Assembly (NCBI GenBank): GCA_035708305.1 | Contig: DASSSU010000030.1 | Coordinates: 9,649-73,648 of the forward strand | Length of the DNA: 64,000 nt | From: Minisyncoccota bacterium | GTDB taxonomy: Bacteria > Patescibacteriota > Minisyncoccia > Phycocordibacterales > DASSSU01 | Direction of reading: 5' to 3' | Shown: positions 47,923 through 58,283 of the stretch, one piece after another | How the letters are laid out: each line of letters starts with the position of its first letter | How positions within the stretch are numbered: the first letter of the stretch is position 1 | The notes under the pieces: model-generated | Seen by the model: the letters and a program-made list of their open reading frames with translations, nothing else | What the model was told of the DNA's origin: nothing | The model's database searches: none | Translations under genes and position numbers: made by a program

Positions 47923-49359
47923 ATGAAAACGGCACTGAAAAAGACGAAGATTGTAGCCACGATCGGTCCGGCGACGGAGAGCGAGGAGATGCTGACGAAA
48001 CTTATTCAAGAAGGACTCAATGTCATTCGCTTGAATTTTTCGCACGGAGATTTTGCCGAGCATCAGCTGAAACTGGATAACGCCCGAAAAGCTGCGAAGA
48101 AACTTGGAGCACGGGTGGCGATTTTGCAGGATCTTTCCGGGCCAAAAATCCGCATTGGTGATTTCTATCAGGACCGCGTGCAGCTGAAAAAGGGAAGCAC
48201 ATTTACTTTGAAAACCGAAAAAATCACCGGCAATGAGCAGGAAGCGTATGTGAACTACCCTACGCTTCCAGAGGAGGTTTCCAAAGGACAGATCATCATG
48301 CTCGACGACGGGAAGAAGCAGCTCGAGGTCACGAAGGTTGGGAAGGGGTTTGTGGAGACAAAAGTCCTGGTCGGTGGAGACACGAAGGGACGCCGCGGGG
48401 TGAACATTCCCGGAGCGAATCTCTCCATTAGTGCGCTCACGGAGAAGGATAAAAAAGATATTGCTTTTGGGGTGAAGAATGACGTGGAATTTTTTGCACT
48501 TTCTTTCGTACGGCGGGTTGGCGATATCGAAGAACTGCGGGCGATCCTGAAGCGGAAAAAGTGCGACGCACACATCATCGCAAAAATCGAAACACAGGAA
48601 GCCGTGGACAACTTCGAAGAAATTCTCACGGCGGTGGATGGTGTGATGGTGGCGCGAGGAGACCTGGCAATCGAAGTTCCGGCGGAAAAAGTTCCGCTCA
48701 TTCAGAAGCGGATCATTGCATTGGCAAACGCGGCGGGGAAACCAGTAATTACCGCAACACAGATGCTTGAGTCGATGATCCATTCTCCGGTACCGACACG
48801 CGCGGAAGTTTCCGATGTGGCAAACGCGATCTACGATGGGACGGACGCAGTGATGCTCTCGGAAGAAACCACCCTTGGAGAATATCCGCTTGAAGCCGTA
48901 AAGGTGATGGCGCGGGTGGCCAAGGAAACTGAAGAGAGTTTTTTTGATGGGGTGGCGACAAACGAGACAAACGAAATGGACCTTGAAGGAGTTCCGGTGA
49001 CCGATTCCGTAACGGCTTCGGTAGTCAACACGGCGAACGAAGTGAATGCAAAGACGATCGTGGCACTCACGGACAGCGGTCTGACCGCGCGGATGATCTC
49101 GCGATACCGTCCAAAAATGCCGATCCTTGCGCTCTCTGGAAGCGAAAAAACCTGCAATCGCCTCGCGCTTTCTTTTGGATGCTTTCCTGAAAAGGTGGAG
49201 CGGTTTGGGGACTTGAAAAATGCACTCGAAGTGGTGCGCCGGGAATGTGTCAACCAAAAACTGGCAAGTCGGGGTGACAAAGTCATCGTCTCCGCCGGTG
49301 TTCCTTTTCACGAAAAACAGTCTGTCAAAACTAACATGCTGGTGGTTTTGGAGATTTAG
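47923..49359 (+). CDS. pyk: pyruvate kinase
   Basis: KIVATIGPATES, IRLNFSHG, MVARGDLAIEVP, C-terminal regulatory domain. Confidence 0.95.
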   Translation: MKTALKKTKIVATIGPATESEEMLTKLIQEGLNVIRLNFSHGDFAEHQLKLDNARKAAKKLGARVAILQDLSGPKIRIGDFYQDRVQLKKGSTFTLKTEKITGNEQEAYVNYPTLPEEVSKGQIIMLDDGKKQLEVTKVGKGFVETKVLVGGDTKGRRGVNIPGANLSISALTEKDKKDIAFGVKNDVEFFALSFVRRVGDIEELRAILKRKKCDAHIIAKIETQEAVDNFEEILTAVDGVMVARGDLAIEVPAEKVPLIQKRIIALANAAGKPVITATQMLESMIHSPVPTRAEVSDVANAIYDGTDAVMLSEETTLGEYPLEAVKVMARVAKETEESFFDGVATNETNEMDLEGVPVTDSVTASVVNTANEVNAKTIVALTDSGLTARMISRYRPKMPILALSGSEKTCNRLALSFGCFPEKVERFGDLKNALEVVRRECVNQKLASRGDKVIVSAGVPFHEKQSVKTNMLVVLEI

Positions 49360-49392
49360 AAATTTTTCTTGTTGATTATTTTATAGCAAAAA

Positions 49393-49425
49393 ACAACGCT
49401 TTCGTACGAAAGCGTTGTTTTTCCA
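49393..49425. terminator. bidirectional terminator between pyk and the convergent gene
   Basis: AACGCTTTCG-tac-GAAAGCGTT followed by GTTTTT, with an A-run on the opposite side. Confidence 0.6.
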
Positions 49426-49439
49426 TGAAGGCCGGATTT

Positions 49440-50168
49440 TTAGAATTTTTCTTTTAAGCTTTCTGAGTAACGTTTCAGTCCAACAAAAATCACGAGCAAG
49501 AGCATGAGTGCAAGAATTTCGTATTTCAGAGAATTCTTCAGAGAAAATGGAAATGCACCAGAAGCGGCGACAAGCATGGCGGTCGTGGTGCTTTTGGTTT
49601 CGGCAGGATTCGCGCATATTTCTGAGTTGAGGTGCAATGCGTAAATCAATCCGGCGGGGTTGGTGTAGGGAGAAGCTCCTGTCCGGTAGAAATATTTTGC
49701 ATTGGTCACTTGAAATGTAATGGTGTTTTTGCCGGAGTGAAACAGAGAAGAAGAAATTGGGAAAGTCCTGATGGTTTTAAAATTATCTTCACCTGATTCA
49801 GACGCCACCTGATTGCCGTTTACAGAAATCTTATAATAATCATCCCCGGCAATGGAGAGCGTTCCGGAAGTTACGGCACCTTCAAGCGTAAAATCTTTTT
49901 GAAACACTACCGTATCTTGAACCTGTGGGTCTGTCACTAAGTACGATTTCCAAATCCACTGCGCGCCGGGGATTTTTGGCCACAAAGGACTCCGGTACGC
50001 CAAGACCGCACTTTCGCCTCCGGCAATAGAAGTGGACGGGTTGCTTACCAGGGTTTGGTTGGTTTGCGTGCAATTCTGATTCGCAAGCGCACTGAAAGGT
50101 ATGCTGCTGAAGAGCATGCTTACCAAGAATATGGCAAATGATGCCATGGGGAGGGTTCTTACTTTCAT
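49440..50168 (-). CDS. secreted surface protein with C-terminal hydrophobic anchor
   Basis: Signal peptide MASFAIFLVSMLFSSIPFSALA. C-terminal TM segment EILALMLLLVIFVGLKRY followed by a basic tail. Confidence 0.45.
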   Translation of the reverse strand: MKVRTLPMASFAIFLVSMLFSSIPFSALANQNCTQTNQTLVSNPSTSIAGGESAVLAYRSPLWPKIPGAQWIWKSYLVTDPQVQDTVVFQKDFTLEGAVTSGTLSIAGDDYYKISVNGNQVASESGEDNFKTIRTFPISSSLFHSGKNTITFQVTNAKYFYRTGASPYTNPAGLIYALHLNSEICANPAETKSTTTAMLVAASGAFPFSLKNSLKYEILALMLLLVIFVGLKRYSESLKEKF

Positions 50169-50556
50169 AGTGAAATTCTTATTTTAAGGTTATTGCTACC
50201 ATGCTTGGCTAGACATGTCAACGTTGACTGAACCAAGACCGGGCATCAATCTTTTGACTTTAGAGAGAGTGTATGTTAGACATCCATTATGGACGAAGTT
50301 TACCCAGAAATGTATGTTCCTGTGTCAGAAACGATCCCGACGGAGATTTCAGGGTCTCGAATTCGTGAACTTTGGTTTAAAATTTCTGTTATTTTTGTTT
50401 TACTTTTTTGTACCTTCAACATTTTCATATTTGGGTATTTTATTTTTCTCGGGCTGTCATCCTTCTTTTACCGAGCTATTACCGTCTTTCTACTTCTTAT
50501 CTTTTTTTCAAATATCGGCGCGAAACTGTCTCTTCTGTTAATCACCGCTGGAGAAT

Positions 50557-51915
50557 ATGAAAACTTCTAAAACCATCAGTGTACAAAAATTCGTAGTATA
50601 CAGCGGGTTGTATCTTCTGACGTTTGGTATTATTTTTTTTACGTTTACCCTTACTCCGCGGCAGAGTTACAATTTTCACATTCTTCGATTGCTCATCATT
50701 TTTTGTTCGGTCGTGCTCCTTTCAAAATATTTTTTCTACATGGTCATTAGTCCGTGGCATGATGTGGTGGTTGCTTACAAAAATAAAAGAAACTACAACG
50801 GGAAATACTACCAACCCCTTGTTTCGGTGATGATCCCGGCATGGAACGAGGAAGTGGGTTTGTTGAATACCGTGAGAACATTGCTCCGAAGCGACTATCG
50901 AAATGTGGAACTGGTGATTGTGAATGATGGATCCACCGATCGGTCACACGAATTTATGATGAGGTTTCTTCAGCGATATGACGCAGAGATTCCGGAATCT
51001 CCCGATAAAATACAGATTGTTTATCACTACAAAGAAAATGGTGGAAAGGGAGAGGCACTCAACACCGCCATAGCGCTTTCGCGTGGAGATATTCTCTTGT
51101 CGATCGATGCGGACTGCGCCGTGGGAAAGAGCACGATCGGAAATTTTGTCCGGCATTTTGCTGATCCTGAGGTGATGGCTGCGGTGGGGAATGTGCGGGT
51201 GGCGAACACGAAAAACATCATTGAGGTGGTTCAGTACATCGAGTTTCTTTTTTCGTTTTATTTCAAAAAGGCGGAGTCTGTGATGAACACCATCTACATC
51301 ATCGGCGGGGCGGCGGGTGCGTTCCGGCGAGAGGTGTTTGAACAGCTTGGTCCCTACAATACCAAGAACATCACTGAAGATATTGAGCTTTCCGTACGGA
51401 TTCAAAAAGCGGGAATGAAAATCGTGTATGCATCTGATGCACTGGTGTATACTGAAGGGGCAAGCAAGCTTCGGGATTTGAAAAAGCAAAGGCACCGGTG
51501 GAAACGCGGGCGATTTGAAACTTTTTTTCTCCACGGCGATCTTTTTTTCAGCACGGACAAAAGGCACAACAAAATTCTTACCTGGATTATTTTGCCGCTG
51601 GCATATTTCGGAGAATTCCAGCTTGCTCTGGAACTTCTTTTCGTCGCATTTCTCTATGTGTATTCGATTTTGACGAACGACTTTTCGTCTTTCATTTCAG
51701 GAATTATTGTCGTGTGTTCTATGTTCTTGGTCCAGACGCTCTTTGAAGAAAAAATAAACAGAAAGTATTCTCTCTATCTTCTTTCTCCGATCGGCTGGCT
51801 GCTTTTTTATGTTTCGACTTTTGTGGAGGTGAGCGCGTTGCTGAAGTCCGTGTGGGGTCTTCTGAGAAAGCAGGAAATTAAATGGCAAAGATGGCAGCGC
51901 CACGGTATTCAGTAA
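50557..51915 (+). CDS. processive family-2 glycosyltransferase (PgaC/IcaA/cellulose-synthase-like exopolysaccharide synthase)
   Basis: VSVMIPAWNEE, VIVNDGSTD, SIDADC (DxD), QRHRWKRG (QxxRW). TM segments flank the catalytic domain. Confidence 0.8.
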   Translation: MKTSKTISVQKFVVYSGLYLLTFGIIFFTFTLTPRQSYNFHILRLLIIFCSVVLLSKYFFYMVISPWHDVVVAYKNKRNYNGKYYQPLVSVMIPAWNEEVGLLNTVRTLLRSDYRNVELVIVNDGSTDRSHEFMMRFLQRYDAEIPESPDKIQIVYHYKENGGKGEALNTAIALSRGDILLSIDADCAVGKSTIGNFVRHFADPEVMAAVGNVRVANTKNIIEVVQYIEFLFSFYFKKAESVMNTIYIIGGAAGAFRREVFEQLGPYNTKNITEDIELSVRIQKAGMKIVYASDALVYTEGASKLRDLKKQRHRWKRGRFETFFLHGDLFFSTDKRHNKILTWIILPLAYFGEFQLALELLFVAFLYVYSILTNDFSSFISGIIVVCSMFLVQTLFEEKINRKYSLYLLSPIGWLLFYVSTFVEVSALLKSVWGLLRKQEIKWQRWQRHGIQ

Positions 51916-51919
51916 AAAA

Positions 51920-52906
51920 ATGGAAATTAAAAACAAGCACGTCATTACCATCGGTTTCCTTCTTTTTCTGTTGGTCTGTACTTCGGCTGCTTTGTATGCC
52001 GCTGCTTTTGCAGGAAAAAACAATCTTGAATACGGTCTCTGGGTCTGGGATTCGCCGATTCAGATTTCTCAAAAATACCAAAGCACGGTACTTTCGACAG
52101 CCACCTCAAACGGAATGAACGTTCTCTATGTAACGATAGATGACTATTTGGATATTGCGGAATTGCCTGATGGTACCGATAAAAGCCAAAAGATTGCGGC
52201 GTATATGAATGCTTTGCAGAGGCTTGTTTCTGCGGCAAACGCCAGAGGGATTTCTGTTGATGTGGAAGCAGGTTGGCGGGATTGGGGTGAAGCAGATCAG
52301 CAGTACAAAGCTATGGATATTATTGATTTTGCAGAAAAGTACAACGCGACTCACGGAACGGCAAAGATCCGCGGCGTTCAGTTTGATGTAGAATCTTACC
52401 TTCTTCCGACGTACGAAGGCGACAAAGCGCTTATTTTGGAACACTTTGTTCAGTTTGTTGCTGCCGTTACTGCTCGGATGGGGACAGACGATTTGAGGTT
52501 AAGTGTGGTGGTGCCACATTTTTATGACGACCAGCAGAATTGGACCCCCGCTATAACGTACGATGGCCAAACGACATTTACTTTCAACCATGTTTTGCGA
52601 ATTCTTGATACGCGGCCGGGAAGTTCCATCATCGTTATGGCCTATCGCAACAAAGCACAGGGAAGTGATGGTGCAATCCAGCTTTCTCATACGGAAGTTG
52701 AAGAAGCTTCGGCGTCTCCGCATGGTACCAAGATCATTGTCGCCCAAGAAACGGGAAATGTTCCGCCGGCATACGTAACGTTTTATGGAAGAACAAAAGC
52801 ATATTATCTGGAACAGGTTCAAATGATCCGCAAAAAGTTTGACGGAGAGAAAAATTTTGGCGGCATAGCGGTTGACTATATTGATCCGTTTTTGCAATTG
52901 AAATAA
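51920..52906 (+). CDS. secreted glycoside-hydrolase-like (TIM-barrel) protein, putative partner of the synthase
   Basis: Signal/TM ITIGFLLFLLVCTSAALYAAAFA. LWVWD and FDVESY-like acidic motifs. Immediately downstream of the GT2 synthase (4-nt gap). Fold assignment is tentative. Confidence 0.4.
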   Translation: MEIKNKHVITIGFLLFLLVCTSAALYAAAFAGKNNLEYGLWVWDSPIQISQKYQSTVLSTATSNGMNVLYVTIDDYLDIAELPDGTDKSQKIAAYMNALQRLVSAANARGISVDVEAGWRDWGEADQQYKAMDIIDFAEKYNATHGTAKIRGVQFDVESYLLPTYEGDKALILEHFVQFVAAVTARMGTDDLRLSVVVPHFYDDQQNWTPAITYDGQTTFTFNHVLRILDTRPGSSIIVMAYRNKAQGSDGAIQLSHTEVEEASASPHGTKIIVAQETGNVPPAYVTFYGRTKAYYLEQVQMIRKKFDGEKNFGGIAVDYIDPFLQLK

Positions 52907-52926
52907 AGTGGTATACTGGAAGCATT

Positions 52927-53190
52927 ATGAATACCATATTATTTTTTCATATTATCGTCGCACTCTTGAGTTTGGTATCCACCGCGCTTTTGTATGTTCG
53001 TCCGTCGGTGAAAAAAATGCGCGTTTCGGAGATTTTGGTTGCTTTGACCGTCGCTTCGGGAACGTATTTGATCCTCGGCATGAACGGACAGATCCTCGGA
53101 ACATGCCTCATGGGGCTCGCGTACATCGCTGTCACGCTTTTTGGGATTGTCGCTGCTCGCAAAAAAATGCTTGCCGCAGAAGTGCGATAG
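52927..53190 (+). CDS. small 2-TM membrane protein
   Basis: Two hydrophobic helices, 87 aa. Confidence 0.35.
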   Translation: MNTILFFHIIVALLSLVSTALLYVRPSVKKMRVSEILVALTVASGTYLILGMNGQILGTCLMGLAYIAVTLFGIVAARKKMLAAEVR

Positions 53191-53351
53191 TCTCCTCAAG
53201 TTAAGAAAAATTTAAAAAAACAAAAGCCGCTTTTCCGGTTTCGGAAGGCGATGCTGAGGACCTGCAGCCTTGAAAGAAAGGTTGTGGAAAGAAAATATTT
53301 CTGTAAGATAAAAAACTTCAGAAACTCTCAATTCTGTAAATCAAAACACGT

Positions 53352-55142
53352 ATGAAAAAGACGGAAACAGTTTTGGGAACGAAGCTTATTTTAGGCTTGT
53401 ACTGGCACGAGATAAGAAAACATCCCTGGTATGTCCTGGGAATTTTTCTCATGGCGCCGCTCGCCGCTTTCTTGAACAACTTCGCGGTTACGTATATCAC
53501 TGCAGGGGTGATCGACAAACTCAGCCGGACGGGGATGGTGCCACTCCATCAAGTGTGGCCGACGTTTGGAAATTCCATCTTGCTGTTGGTCGGCGCGGTG
53601 GTCTTGGGTGAGCTGATCTTGTATCGACTGCTCACGTATCTCGTTTGGAATTTGGAGATCAAAGTGGATTTCAATCTCTACTTGCGATGCTTTCACCATC
53701 TTTCTCACCAAAGCGCGCAATTCCATGCCAATGAATTCGGCGGCTCTCTTGTTTCGCAGACCAACAAATTTGTCGGCGGGTATTCGTCGCTTTTCGATAC
53801 GTTGGTTTTCAATGTTTTCCCGTTTTTCTACTCGCTCGCTTTTACGCTTATCATTCTGGGCGTTCGGGTGCCGTTTTTCGCGCTTGGACTCGCAGTGATT
53901 TCAGCGGTGTTCATTGTGTTTAACTTTCTCAGCTACGGAAAAGTAAAAAATCTCAATGAAATCGAATCCGAAGCGGGCAACAAACTCTCCGGCCATATTT
54001 CCGACACCATCACCAACATTCTTGCGGTAAAAAGTTTCGGCGCAGAAGACCGGGAGCGGAAAAGCTTTGAAGACTACAACCGCAAGGCGATGCGAGCATC
54101 GAAAGAGGTCATGATCGCGCAAATCCTTCGCGATGTAGGGTTCGGTCTGGCGCTGGTGGCGCTAATCGGATTCATGTTTGTTTCGATCCTCTATGGGCAG
54201 GCGCTTATGAGTATCAGTATCGGCACCATGATTTTGATGCTGACGTACAGTTTGAACCTGTTTGATCAGCTGTGGCGGATCAGCTATATCACTCGCGCGT
54301 ATAATCACGCGTATGGCAATGCGCTTCCGATGGCAAAAATACTTTCAACGGAAAGCATTCTTCAGGATCCGGAACAGCCGGAGGAGGTGCGAATCCAGAA
54401 AGGAGAAGTCACATTTGAAAATATCTCTTTCACGTATACCGAAGAGAACGAAGCGGTCTTTCGGAATTTTTCCCTCTCCTTGAAGTCGGGTGAAAAAGTG
54501 GGACTCGTGGGGTACTCCGGTTCTGGGAAGTCCACACTTACCAAGCTGCTGTTGCGTTTTGCGGATGTGGAGCGCGGAGCGGTAAAAATCGATGGGCAGG
54601 ATATCCGGATGCTCAAACAAGCGGAGTTTCGAAAGTCCATCGCGTACGTTCCGCAGGAGCCGCTTTTGTTTCATCGGTCTATTAAGGAAAACATTTCGTA
54701 TGGAAAGACGGATGCGGCGGACGAAGAAATCTACGAGGCGGCGAACCGTGCGCAGGCTCTGGAATTTATCAAAGGTTTGCCGAGCGGTTTTGATACACTC
54801 GTTGGCGAACGCGGAATAAAACTCTCGGGCGGTCAGCGTCAGCGCATTGTCATTGCCCGAGCGGTTTTAAAAAATGCGCCGATTTTGGTTCTTGATGAGG
54901 CAACCAGCGCATTGGACTCGGAAAGCGAACATCTGATTCAGAAGGCACTCCGAGAACTTATGAAAAACCGCACCGCGCTCGTGATTGCACACCGTCTGAG
55001 CACGATCCAGAAAATGGATCGGATTGTCGTGCTTGAAAAAGGAAAAATCGCGGAAGAGGGTTCGCATGAAGAGCTGCTGGAAAGAAATGGTATGTACGCA
55101 GCTATGTGGAAAAGGCAGTCGGGCGGATTTATCGAGGAATGA
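53352..55142 (+). CDS. ABC exporter, fused permease-ATPase (MsbA/type I exporter-like)
   Basis: Six N-terminal TM segments. Walker A GYSGSGKST, signature LSGGQRQRIVIARA, Walker B ILVLDEATSALD, H-loop IAHRLST. Confidence 0.9.
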   Translation: MKKTETVLGTKLILGLYWHEIRKHPWYVLGIFLMAPLAAFLNNFAVTYITAGVIDKLSRTGMVPLHQVWPTFGNSILLLVGAVVLGELILYRLLTYLVWNLEIKVDFNLYLRCFHHLSHQSAQFHANEFGGSLVSQTNKFVGGYSSLFDTLVFNVFPFFYSLAFTLIILGVRVPFFALGLAVISAVFIVFNFLSYGKVKNLNEIESEAGNKLSGHISDTITNILAVKSFGAEDRERKSFEDYNRKAMRASKEVMIAQILRDVGFGLALVALIGFMFVSILYGQALMSISIGTMILMLTYSLNLFDQLWRISYITRAYNHAYGNALPMAKILSTESILQDPEQPEEVRIQKGEVTFENISFTYTEENEAVFRNFSLSLKSGEKVGLVGYSGSGKSTLTKLLLRFADVERGAVKIDGQDIRMLKQAEFRKSIAYVPQEPLLFHRSIKENISYGKTDAADEEIYEAANRAQALEFIKGLPSGFDTLVGERGIKLSGGQRQRIVIARAVLKNAPILVLDEATSALDSESEHLIQKALRELMKNRTALVIAHRLSTIQKMDRIVVLEKGKIAEEGSHEELLERNGMYAAMWKRQSGGFIEE

Positions 55143-55224
55143 GGAATAAGGAAAAAAAGGGGGGATTTTTTGTCATCATAATCTTCGGTTTCGGGAAATT
55201 TTCGGCAGATGCTAAAATATCGGC

Positions 55225-55722
55225 ATGATTGATCGGGAAGTAATTCATTTCATCCGAACCAAAACCGAAGAGGGTTGGACGCGGGAACAAATCGCCAAAA
55301 GCCTGATCAAAGGTGGCGGCTGGAATCGGCAGGACGTGGACGAACACTTCGCGTTTTTTGAAAGCGGCGGCCAGAGTCTTTCGGAACCAAAGATTGTAGA
55401 GGTGAAAAGGCGGAGCAACAAAATGCTGTACGTGAATCTCGGTATTTTTGTAGCATATACAGCACTTGCGATTGTTTTCGGGTCAAATGAAGATGCGACT
55501 TTGAGTATCTTTGAACATTTTGCGATCATCCATCTGGTGATGTTTGTTCTCTATTTTTTCATGCAAAAAGTTTCAGAGGATATCGAAGCGAAAAAAAAAC
55601 GGAGGTTTGGAGTGACAAAACTCACGAGATCACAGAGTGGCACCACAGTGATTTTTATCGTACTTTTTGTTCTCGCGTTTTTTGCTGTGTTGCTTTCTTT
55701 TTGGCTTCATCCGCTGCCGTAA
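55225..55722 (+). CDS. hypothetical membrane protein
   Basis: Three hydrophobic segments. Confidence 0.4.
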   Translation: MIDREVIHFIRTKTEEGWTREQIAKSLIKGGGWNRQDVDEHFAFFESGGQSLSEPKIVEVKRRSNKMLYVNLGIFVAYTALAIVFGSNEDATLSIFEHFAIIHLVMFVLYFFMQKVSEDIEAKKKRRFGVTKLTRSQSGTTVIFIVLFVLAFFAVLLSFWLHPLP

Positions 55723-55823
55723 TTTTCCAGAAAGTTTATGTGGATACGAGACTTTGGAAGATGCAAAAATTTGGTATTCTAAAGGAAAGAGCTTTTTGGC
55801 TCTTCTTGTTTAAAAATTTTAAT

Positions 55824-56594
55824 ATGAAAAAAATACATTTTTTTATCTCAGCTATTTTGTTTCTTTTAATGGTGACAAGCGCCAGTGCTTTCAGCGGAAA
55901 TGCGCATGGAGCGCTTGGTTTGAATGTGTCTGCAACGAGTTCTGCTGATCTCCACGCGAAAGCTCTGCCGGTTGCAGTGGAGGCAAGCACCACTGCTGGA
56001 GCAAATCTTTCTGTGACAGGAAACGCCACATCCGAAAGCCGCTCTCATGGTGTGCAGGGTGAAGACATGCGGACTGAACACCGGAGCGCAACTGGCACCG
56101 AGCACGCTAAGAACGGAACCAGCACCGAAGAAGCAACTACTTCTGTGAATATGCATGCGACGAGTACCGGGAAAATGACGAGCGAACTTCACCGCAGTGC
56201 TGTCGCTTTGGTGGTGGCGAATCTTAAAGAAGTTGCCGGTAAAGATGACAAAATCGGTGCGGAAGTGAGTGCGGTAGCCGAAACTCAAGAAGTTTCAAAC
56301 GACCGCATGTCCGGTGCGATGGCCAAGGTGGAATCCCGCGGAAAGTTTAAGACATTTTTGATTGGATCGGATTATAAAAATCTGGGGATAATCAGAAGTG
56401 AAATTGTTACAACGAATAATTCCATCGACCAGCTGAAAAAAGCGGAAGAAAAAACAACTGATCCGGAAGTGAAGGCGGATCTGCAGACGCAGGTCGAAGC
56501 TTTGATCAAAACGCAGACAGAAACAAATGCTTTTGTTCAGGCACATGAAGATTCCTTCAGTCTCTTTGGCTGGCTGGTGAAACTCTTCAGTTAA
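55824..56594 (+). CDS. secreted helical/coiled-coil protein of unknown function
   Basis: Signal peptide MKKIHFFISAILFLLMVTSASA. T/S-rich and helical. C-terminal FGWLVKLF. Confidence 0.4.
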   Translation: MKKIHFFISAILFLLMVTSASAFSGNAHGALGLNVSATSSADLHAKALPVAVEASTTAGANLSVTGNATSESRSHGVQGEDMRTEHRSATGTEHAKNGTSTEEATTSVNMHATSTGKMTSELHRSAVALVVANLKEVAGKDDKIGAEVSAVAETQEVSNDRMSGAMAKVESRGKFKTFLIGSDYKNLGIIRSEIVTTNNSIDQLKKAEEKTTDPEVKADLQTQVEALIKTQTETNAFVQAHEDSFSLFGWLVKLFS

Positions 56595-56714
56595 TTTTCT
56601 TCATTCAAGTTCTTGCAAAAAAGTGCGCTTGCCGCGCTTTTTGTTTTTTACAAAAAAAAGCAACGCAGATACTGCCTGGACGGAGTGGGGGAAAAGGCAT
56701 ATACTCTTTTTGCC

Positions 56715-57260
56715 ATGGAAAAAAGCGACGCGGAATTGATTGCGGCTTACTTAAACGGAGAAGAGGAAGCGTTTGCCGCTTTGGTGGATCGATACGCACC
56801 GCATGTTTTCCGCTTTATTTATGCACTCACGCATCACGGTGAAGAATCCGATGATCTCACTCAGGAAGTTTTTGTAAAAATCTGGAAAAACCTCTCCAAG
56901 TTTAATCAGGAAAAAAATTTCCGAAGCTGGGCGTTTGCGATTGCCAAAAACACAGTCATCGACTGGTCGCGAAGGAAAAAAGTTGTACTTTTCTCGGATT
57001 TGGATTCTGCCACACAGTCTTTTGAAAGCACGCTCTCTGACGGGGCTTTGCCTGAGGATTTCTTGGAGAAAAAAGATCTTGCCGAAAGTGTAAGGCAGGT
57101 GATGGGAAAGCTCTCTTCGCAGAATCAGTCCATTTTCTTTTTGCACGTGATGGAAGGAAGGACTTTTCAAGAAATTTCCGATCTACTCGATATGCCGATG
57201 AACACGGTAAAAAGCCTGTACCGAAGAATGCTTTTGGCATTTCGGAAAAACGTTTCCTGA
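56715..57260 (+). CDS. ECF-subfamily RNA polymerase sigma-70 factor
   Basis: Region 2 LIAAYLNGEEEAFAALVDRYAPHVFRFIYALTHH...DLTQEVFVKIW. Region 4 FQEISDLLDMPMNTVKSLYRR. Confidence 0.8.
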   Translation: MEKSDAELIAAYLNGEEEAFAALVDRYAPHVFRFIYALTHHGEESDDLTQEVFVKIWKNLSKFNQEKNFRSWAFAIAKNTVIDWSRRKKVVLFSDLDSATQSFESTLSDGALPEDFLEKKDLAESVRQVMGKLSSQNQSIFFLHVMEGRTFQEISDLLDMPMNTVKSLYRRMLLAFRKNVS

Positions 57261-57312
57261 TCTTGTATTTGTATTTTGCACCAATTTCGCACTCCAGATC
57301 CGTATTATTGGC

Positions 57313-57684
57313 ATGCGGAGAAATGAAAGAAGTATTCCGGATGGCCTCACCCTGCGAGTGGTGGCGAGAATCAGACGCGAAGAACATCGCCGTTTTCGAA
57401 GGAAAATGCTTGCTTTTGGCATCGGATCTGCTGCTGCGCTTGGCGGAACGGTCTTTTTTGGTATGCGTGTTTTTACGCTCTTATCTCAGTCTGGATTTTC
57501 TCAATATTTCTCGCTTATTTTTTCCGACGGTCCCGAGATGGCAATGTACTGGAAAGAGCTTGTGCTGTCTTTGGTAGAATCACTGCCGATGCTCGGGATC
57601 ATTGTGTTTCTCGCACTCTTGCTTGCATCGGTGTGGATGGCAGCGGGCTTGATCGTGAACGCGCAAAAATTTGCACATTCTTAA
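57313..57684 (+). CDS. putative anti-sigma factor (membrane-spanning)
   Basis: Small protein immediately downstream of the ECF sigma gene, with two hydrophobic segments. Confidence 0.4.
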   Translation: MRRNERSIPDGLTLRVVARIRREEHRRFRRKMLAFGIGSAAALGGTVFFGMRVFTLLSQSGFSQYFSLIFSDGPEMAMYWKELVLSLVESLPMLGIIVFLALLLASVWMAAGLIVNAQKFAHS

Positions 57685-57702
57685 AAATATTAAATTTTTT
57701 CC

Positions 57703-58251
57703 ATGAACCTGAAATTTCCGAAATTCTCTTCTCCGTCAGTCCGTGTTTCAGAAACCGCACGCGGCATCATGATCGGTCTGGTGGTGGCTATTTTCCTTTT
57801 TGCGCTTTTTCAGTTTGGTGTTTTTGTCGGCTATCAGAAGGCACACTTCAGCGGACGCTTGGGAGACAATTACCGAAAGAACTTTGAAAATGCACACCAG
57901 GGCGATCCTGGAGACTTTTTTGGTGGTCGCATGCTTCCGGGCGGTCATGGTGCTTCCGGTGAAATCGTCAGCATTGCCTTGCCAAAACTTGTTATTGCTG
58001 GCCCAAACAATCTGGAAAAAACGGTTGTGGTGAATGACGAAACTCTTGTTCGAGAATTTCGCAACGCGATAAAAACATCGGACCTGAAAGTCGGCGATCA
58101 TGTTGTGGTACTGGGAACGCCTGACGATCAAGGACAGGTGAACGCAAAATTCATTCGGGTTATGCCGCCACCCTCAGTTCCACCGACTGCACCGGAAGGG
58201 AGTTCTTCACGATCGTCTGTACAAGCACAAACGCTGTTACCGACAAAATAA
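57703..58251 (+). CDS. membrane-anchored hypothetical protein
   Basis: N-terminal TM segment IMIGLVVAIFLFALFQFGVFVG. C-terminal P-rich tail. Confidence 0.4.
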   Translation: MNLKFPKFSSPSVRVSETARGIMIGLVVAIFLFALFQFGVFVGYQKAHFSGRLGDNYRKNFENAHQGDPGDFFGGRMLPGGHGASGEIVSIALPKLVIAGPNNLEKTVVVNDETLVREFRNAIKTSDLKVGDHVVVLGTPDDQGQVNAKFIRVMPPPSVPPTAPEGSSSRSSVQAQTLLPTK

Positions 58252-58283
58252 AAAAATAAAAAAATCACTACTCTATTCAACTC

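Noticed and set aside
47899-49311. 470-aa ORF on the minus strand
   Set aside because: It is a shadow of the pyruvate kinase gene on the plus strand. It has no recognisable motifs and a Cys/His/Arg-rich composition.
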